Assembly: GCA_044226015.1 (NCBI GenBank)
Contig: JBGAHS010000001.1
Span: 160,001 to 224,000 of the forward strand
Direction of reading: 5' to 3'
Length of the DNA: 64,000 bases
Source: Candidatus Obscuribacteraceae bacterium
GTDB taxonomy: Bacteria; Cyanobacteriota; Vampirovibrionia; Obscuribacterales; Obscuribacteraceae
A model generated the notes under the pieces. That model was not told the origin of the DNA, made no database searches, and was given only the letters and a program-made list of their open reading frames with translations. The stretch's first letter is position 1. Each line of letters starts with the position of its first letter. This document shows positions 58,651 through 64,000 of the stretch, in pieces. Both the position numbers and the translations under genes were made by a program.

Positions 58651-58900
58651 TTGAGCGCCTGGTATATCGGTGTGCGTTTTTGTTTCGGCACATCGCTGAG
58701 CATTTTATTTTGAGCAGCCGGTTTAGCTGAGCTCGTCGCATCGCTGAGCGTTTTTTGTTTCGGGCATATAGCTGAGCGCTAATTTTGAGCCTTCTTATTT
58801 TGAGCGCCTGGCATATCGGTGAGCGTTTTGTTTCGGGCATATAGCTGAGCCTTTTATTTGAGCAGCCGGTATAGCTGAGCGGGTTTATTTTGGGCAGCAG
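58630..58900 (+). repeat. Degenerate array of terminator-3'-arm-like units (..GCTGAGC + T-tract), including an about 90-bp duplication
   Basis: Recurrent tatagctgagc/atcgctgagc; 58641-58732 resembles 58790-58880. Confidence 0.75.
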
Positions 58901-59000
58901 GCTGACTACCAAACGGTTGTTGAACTGTTCGTGAGAGTGCATTTCGAAAGTCTGAGACTGCTTCAATAGTTCCATACCCATTGAACGAGAGGATACGAAA

Positions 59001-59351
59001 ATGAGCCACAACGAAGAAAGAGCCAAGAAGGCAGAGGACGAAAAAACGGCGGGTATAGCCGGAGCAGGAGCAGGCGTTCTTGCTGGTGCGCAGGTAGGCA
59101 CCGTCATTCTTCCTATTCCGGTGGTAGGTACCTTCACCGGTGCTTTAGTTGGTGGCATGATCGGCAGCAAAATTGGCAAGAAAGTTGGTGGCACTCTCAT
59201 GGAAAAATGGAATAGTTGCACGAACGACAAAAGTTACGCGCAGCAATCTGAACTGACCAGGGAGTTGGAGAGACTCGCTAAACTGAAAGAGCAGGGTGTC
59301 TTGAGCGAAGATGAGTTCAAGGCTGCTAAGGCTAAATTGCTCGGGTTTTAG
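59001..59351 (+). CDS. Glycine-zipper + SHOCT domain protein
   Basis: GxxxG repeats; ELERLAKLKEQGVLSEDEFKAAKAKLL. Confidence 0.85.
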   Translation: MSHNEERAKKAEDEKTAGIAGAGAGVLAGAQVGTVILPIPVVGTFTGALVGGMIGSKIGKKVGGTLMEKWNSCTNDKSYAQQSELTRELERLAKLKEQGVLSEDEFKAAKAKLLGF

Positions 59352-59728
59352 TTGGAATAGCGGATTTTGCAATTGAAACGTTGCGGATTCGGATGCGCTT
59401 GCGCATTATCCGAATTGCAGCACAAGTTGCGCACACTGATACAGATTTTCCTGCCTCTGAGATCATTGCTAGATATTCTCCATCCACTACAAAAAACCTC
59501 TATTCTCCACGTGAAACGCTCTATGGTCTCCTCATCTGACCGTACATCGACACTTTTTCTCCAAGTCATTGCGTACCATATGTGCCTCCGTCAATAAACT
59601 TTCGCGCAGAGATGCAGGCTGTACGTTTGCGTTTGCTGACTCACGACTTTCATTGAATTCAGGCATTTGAAATTTCCTTATCACCAACAAAATTATTTTG
59701 AATCTTGGAGAGTGAGATCCCCGTGAAA

Positions 59729-60223
59729 TTAGATGCGATCAGTTTGAAGAGTTTTAGAATCACGGATCCATCTCGTAGCCATCGCTTCGGCTGCCAGCAA
59801 AACTGAGTTGTATTCCTCATTTTTTTTGAAACTCTGCCAACGCGCTCGCGCAAGTTCTGGTTCTGCTATCAGAGCCATTGCGAGGCGCACGGCTGCCCAC
59901 TCTTTGTGGATCTGCGCAGTGCCTACTATTTCTTGCTCAAGTGTCTTTTCAGCTGCGGCTTCCATCGCGATGGCTCGGCATTCGGCTCCAGCCGCGTAAG
60001 CTGGACACTCCACTTTGGATTCATGTTCAACCCCATGATGTACAACCGCGAGAAAAGTCCCGCCCTCAGGCTCCACGAGTGCAACCCCATGTGCAGCCCC
60101 AGGCGCCTGATTCTCCGCACTAAATTCCATCACGATGAGCGGCAAATCTGCCTCGGACTCCGTCTCGCTGGAATGTGCGAATGGACCCGCTATTAGAGTG
60201 CGCTTCTTTGATTGAGTTTCCAT
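59729..60223 (-). CDS. Hypothetical protein
   Basis: About 164-aa ORF with protein-like composition; no family recognised. Confidence 0.6.
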   Translation of the reverse strand: METQSKKRTLIAGPFAHSSETESEADLPLIVMEFSAENQAPGAAHGVALVEPEGGTFLAVVHHGVEHESKVECPAYAAGAECRAIAMEAAAEKTLEQEIVGTAQIHKEWAAVRLAMALIAEPELARARWQSFKKNEEYNSVLLAAEAMATRWIRDSKTLQTDRI

Positions 60224-60362
60224 ACCCAGGAACCTGCTATTACCCACTAATCAGAATGTCATAAATGAGGTGATTTCTCTGTGAAAAAGAAGCTAGATCG
60301 CAAGCGCTAGATCAAGGGATAATAAGTACCCCAGAACTATATGAGAACTACACGAGGTTGTT

Positions 60363-60749
60363 ATGCTACAAGTTGTTGAAACCGACAAAGCTCCAAAAGC
60401 TGTTGGACCATACTCCCAGGCGATAATCGCCAACGGATTTATTTTTGTTTCCGGGCAAATTTCTATCGACCCGGCCACCGGCGATTTGAATACAGGCAGC
60501 ACCGCTGAGCAAACTAAGCAGGTTTTGAGAAACTTGTCCGGAGTACTCGAAAGCCAGGGCTCCTCATTGCAAGATGTGGTCAAGACAACGGTTTTCTTGA
60601 AGAGTATGAATGACTTTCAAGAAATGAATGAGGTGTACGCACAATTTTTCAGCACGGTTAAGCCGGCGCGCGCTACTGTCGAGGTTTCTCGCTTGCCCAA
60701 AGATGTATCTGTTGAAATTGAAGCCATCGCTCTCCACAAGAAAGGCTAA
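60363..60749 (+). CDS. ridA: RidA family reactive intermediate/imine deaminase
   Basis: [36 protein letters not shown]. Confidence 0.93.
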   Translation: MLQVVETDKAPKAVGPYSQAIIANGFIFVSGQISIDPATGDLNTGSTAEQTKQVLRNLSGVLESQGSSLQDVVKTTVFLKSMNDFQEMNEVYAQFFSTVKPARATVEVSRLPKDVSVEIEAIALHKKG

Positions 60750-60918
60750 ACCTACAGCTGACTAAGAAGGCTGATCAAGAACGCTGGTAGGCTAAACTAA
60801 GCCGCCCGGGCTAAGCAGAGTAAGAAAACTAAGCTCACCAAGAAAAGCTCCTCAGCAACATCACCCTTGGTGGACATCTAACAAATGATCTTTCTTTGCA
60901 GCTTAGCAAAAGTGGTGG

Positions 60919-60978
60919 GAAACCAAAATAGATCCCCATCTGCTGCGTGAAACCAAAATAGATCCCCATCTGCTGCGT
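60919..60978. repeat. Perfect 30-bp tandem duplication
   Basis: GAAACCAAAATAGATCCCCATCTGCTGCGT x2. Confidence 0.9.
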
Positions 60979-61016
60979 GGAATAATTCGTATAGCCCTGA
61001 CTCGGTGGATTACTGA

Positions 61017-61583
61017 TTGCTCGAAATCCCTGGCATTGTGATGAGACTGGCGGCGCTTGCAGTAGTTGCTGCCGCGACAATCACCGACTTGCGCAGCCGC
61101 AAGATTCCAAACAAACTCACGTTTCCAGCTGCGGCTGTCGGAATCTTGATGCATACGATATATTTTGCGACATGGGCAAACGCTGACGACATCTTCTTGT
61201 ACATGTTAGCCGGGTTCCTGTCTGGAATTTCAGGCTGGATATTCGGCGTCTTCGTCATGAGTTTTATCAAACTGTTCTTGCGACAGATGGGACACGGTGA
61301 CACTAAGCTTGTTGCTGCCGTCGGGACCTTTGTAGGACCTTGGTTGCTTATACTGGTATTGATGTTTTACTTCTTATCGTTCGGATTTTTCACGATGTTT
61401 CGCTTGCTGTCGGCGGTCTCGTGGTGGCAGCTGCTCGGCGGCGTTCAACTGCAAAATCTAAATATGGATGAGTTCAATAAAAGGCGCAAAGAAACAATCC
61501 CCGTCGCCCCATTCATCGCGTTAGGAACTCTCGTGGCAGTAATTTTAGAGAATCCACTCCTGGAAATTTGGAAACTGGATTAG
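61017..61583 (+). CDS. A24 family prepilin peptidase (CpaA/TadV-like)
   Basis: TDLRSRKIPN, MGHGDTKL, PVAPFI; next to tad genes. Confidence 0.88.
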   Translation: MLEIPGIVMRLAALAVVAAATITDLRSRKIPNKLTFPAAAVGILMHTIYFATWANADDIFLYMLAGFLSGISGWIFGVFVMSFIKLFLRQMGHGDTKLVAAVGTFVGPWLLILVLMFYFLSFGFFTMFRLLSAVSWWQLLGGVQLQNLNMDEFNKRRKETIPVAPFIALGTLVAVILENPLLEIWKLD

Positions 61584-61604
61584 GACTAGAACCGAGTTTG
61601 CTTT

Positions 61605-61772
61605 GCTATCAAGGACGCTAAAGTACTTACATAAAATACGACGCTTAAAGTGCTTAGCTATAAAGGACGCTCAAGTGCTTAGCTAAAATAGGACGCTAAA
61701 GTAGCATAAAATAGGACGCTAAAGTAGCATAAAATAGGACGCCTCAAACAACTTAGCTAAAATACGTCGCTT
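61605..61772. repeat. About seven 23-27-bp tandem units (..TAAAATAGGACGCTAAAGT..)
   Basis: Fills the convergent gap; last unit overlaps the DUF192 stop codon. Confidence 0.85.
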
Positions 61773-62074
61773 TCCATTTGGTCACCTTCGCTAGTCTTGG
61801 TATCGGATATGGTGCCAGGTGGCAGCTCGACACATGAGTGCGCTTTTGAATATAGCTTTGAGATGCCCCCTGGCTGAATGCTCTCACAAAGCCCCACAAC
61901 CATCCCTTGTTTATCCATAAAGACAACATCGATGGCATACTTCATGCCAAACATGTGAATCTGCGAGCACGGCACAATATAAAGCCCATCGCCAGGCTCT
62001 AGCGATGGCGTTTTCAGCAATCCAACAAGTCTCGCTACAAACGAGTCAGCAACAACTGCCTTATCGGCAAGCAT
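61757..62074 (-). CDS. DUF192 family protein
   Basis: ADSF.ARL.GL, IHMFGM.YAIDVVF.D, VELP.G; start may lie slightly upstream. Confidence 0.85.
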   Translation of the reverse strand: MLADKAVVADSFVARLVGLLKTPSLEPGDGLYIVPCSQIHMFGMKYAIDVVFMDKQGMVVGLCESIQPGGISKLYSKAHSCVELPPGTISDTKTSEGDQMESDVF

Positions 62075-62115
62075 CGTGCCTTTCGTCTTGTTGCGAAAGT
62101 AGGTAATTTTGCTAA

Positions 62116-63045
62116 CTATTTACCAGTACCGAAGACAGGCCCGAGAGCCTGCATGATAGTGATAACTGCTGGACCCAACATAGGACAAAGAATCAAAGGC
62201 ATTACGAATAACATGATTACTGGAACCATCTTAACCGGTGTTTTGGACGCTTCTTCTTCTTTCTTTCTCTTAAGTTTGTCGCGCAATGCGATAGCTTGCT
62301 GCTTCAATGGATAACTGATGTCAGAACCCTTCGATTCCGCTGAAATCAGTGCGCTAGACATGGAGGAAATGTCTTCTACACCGCAACGATCGCCCATATC
62401 TTTCAGTGCGTTTGGAACTGACTTCGCGAATACACGCACGTCGTGAATCAATTGCTCAAGCTCCGAAGCGATATTCGGACATGTATCTTTTACTTCCTTC
62501 TGAACTTTGTCGATACACATCAAAAGACCAAGACCCGCTTGAGCGCAAACGATGAGTAGGTCAATAACAGTTGGAAGCTCGAGAAGAATAAGGTTCTGTC
62601 TTTTCTTCACTTTGGAAGAAAGGAAGAAGTTAGGCATGGTCCATGCGACCACAGCCGCTCCAACCATAGCGAGAACTTTGATCAAAATGTCCATTCCTGG
62701 ATTGAATATAACCAGGAAGTCGATGATGCCTACAGCTGCAGTCTTCACACCGATGAAGGTTGCGAGGTGTGCGGGCGTCCTGTAGTCCGCGTGAATCAGG
62801 AGAACTCTCGTTCTCTCATCAGCCACTTGCGGAAAGGTTGTTAGCACCATTTCCCCAAGCGCTTTCAACGCATTATTGATGGCAGAATCTTTTTGCTTTT
62901 GAACTTCAGCAGGTTCGTCGTTCTTCTTGCGCGGGCGAACTCGAACCCCATACTGATCGTAGTTCATCTGGGCGATGGGCAGGTAAAGTGCCAGCAATCC
63001 TAAAAGGACTGCCCCAAATGTCATCATTGCACCCATCATTTCCAT
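62116..63045 (-). CDS. tadC: Tad pilus assembly protein, T2SS F family
   Basis: ELP..IDLL..C..AGL; EE.A.K.PVKM; follows tadB. Confidence 0.85.
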   Translation of the reverse strand: MEMMGAMMTFGAVLLGLLALYLPIAQMNYDQYGVRVRPRKKNDEPAEVQKQKDSAINNALKALGEMVLTTFPQVADERTRVLLIHADYRTPAHLATFIGVKTAAVGIIDFLVIFNPGMDILIKVLAMVGAAVVAWTMPNFFLSSKVKKRQNLILLELPTVIDLLIVCAQAGLGLLMCIDKVQKEVKDTCPNIASELEQLIHDVRVFAKSVPNALKDMGDRCGVEDISSMSSALISAESKGSDISYPLKQQAIALRDKLKRKKEEEASKTPVKMVPVIMLFVMPLILCPMLGPAVITIMQALGPVFGTGK

Positions 63046-63051
63046 GTCGCA

Positions 63052-63987
63052 CTAAACCTCGAACGTGGTCATCTTAACTAGAATGTAAGCGCCAATTGCT
63101 TCCCAGATCATCATTCCGATGAATACGATACGAGCAATTGGATGGTTCAAAAATGGCGTAATGTAACCTGGAGCCATAACGTACGTCATCGCGGTGATGA
63201 AGTACGGCAAGCTTCCGATAAAGAGTGCCGTCATCTTACCTTGTGCAGTAAGCGAGTTCATGAAGTCTCTAAGACGGAATCTTTCACGGATAGCTTCAGC
63301 GATTGTTGCTACTACGTCAGCCAAATTAGCACCTACGTCCTGGCTGATGAAGATTGCCTGGGTCAAAAGTCTGAAGTCAGCTGTTCTAATTCTGGTGCCC
63401 ATTTCTGCGAGAACATCGCGGAATGGCTTGCCGAGCTGAAGTGAAACTAGCGCTCGTTTGAATTCACCACGAATCGGTTCTGGTGCAGTTTCAGAAAGAA
63501 GCTTGAAGCACTCAACGACAGGCGAGCCTGCTCTGAGTGTAGAGGTCATTGTTTCAAGCACCTGTGGAAGTTGCGCCGTGAGCTTCTTTTGTCGCTCGCC
63601 AGCTTGCCACTTCACATACTGAACGAAACCAAAAGAGCCTAAAGCCGGTCCGAAAATGATTGCAAATGGTGCTAGAACTGGGGCCTGCCAGACGCATAGC
63701 CCAAACATTCCGACAGCGGTTCCAACTGCCGCCATAATCCAGTTTGTCTTCATCTTTTCATACTGGGCTTCAAGACCAGCCTGAGAAAGCAAACGACCAA
63801 GAAAATCGTCGCGTTCGATTCTGAAGATATCTACCGATTCTGGCTTTGCAGCATCTCGCGCTTCCATACGCTTGCGCTGTTTGTCCAGACGCGTTAACTG
63901 TTCAGTGTGGGGCGTTCTTCCCATCAACCAGCCATAGGCCAGAAGACCTGCAATGAATATTGGTGCGAACACCATTAGTCCATCCAC
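63052..63987 (-). CDS. tadB: Tad pilus assembly protein, T2SS F family
   Basis: QLP..LE.....LRAG, PEPI..EF, GANLA.V..IRER..L...TAQG. Confidence 0.88.
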   Translation of the reverse strand: MDGLMVFAPIFIAGLLAYGWLMGRTPHTEQLTRLDKQRKRMEARDAAKPESVDIFRIERDDFLGRLLSQAGLEAQYEKMKTNWIMAAVGTAVGMFGLCVWQAPVLAPFAIIFGPALGSFGFVQYVKWQAGERQKKLTAQLPQVLETMTSTLRAGSPVVECFKLLSETAPEPIRGEFKRALVSLQLGKPFRDVLAEMGTRIRTADFRLLTQAIFISQDVGANLADVVATIAEAIRERFRLRDFMNSLTAQGKMTALFIGSLPYFITAMTYVMAPGYITPFLNHPIARIVFIGMMIWEAIGAYILVKMTTFEV

Positions 63988-64000
63988 TGGAATTCCGAGA

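Noticed and set aside
58646..59230. 194-aa minus-strand ORF
   Set aside because: Antisense to the SHOCT gene and extends through the repeat array
59348..59569. 73-aa minus-strand ORF
   Set aside because: No recognisable motif, and the nearby GGAGG is positioned for a different, very short frame; cannot be supported

Overview
A 64-kb, gene-dense bacterial chromosome segment with moderate GC and the standard genetic code. The gene style (many secreted TPR, matrixin and Ser/Thr-kinase proteins, a CtpA-type protease, a short RpoD) suggests a non-photosynthetic cyanobacterial relative such as Vampirovibrionia/Obscuribacterales; this is inference only. Housekeeping genes include nagB, dnaG-rpoD, hydA, murQ, trxA, a phosphohexomutase, tsaD, ridA and the end of a Tad pilus cluster. 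No rRNA, tRNA or CRISPR array was recognised. Highlights: (1) two ORFs in the track (13897-14085 and 13126-13851) are one reading frame interrupted only by an in-frame TGA in a thioredoxin-like C-x7-U motif, with a SECIS-like hairpin behind it, i.e. a probable unannotated selenoprotein; (2) an FtsH-like membrane protease with three intact tandem AAA+ modules; (3) a Hen1-Pnkp RNA repair operon; (4) an IS1595-transposase-derived protein with a winged helix in place of the DDE core, followed by long palindromes; (5) a candidate structured sRNA between two near-consensus sigma70 promoters; (6) a DUF5685 protein with a 31-Cys tail; (7) repeated unrelated tandem-repeat arrays growing out of gene 3' ends.
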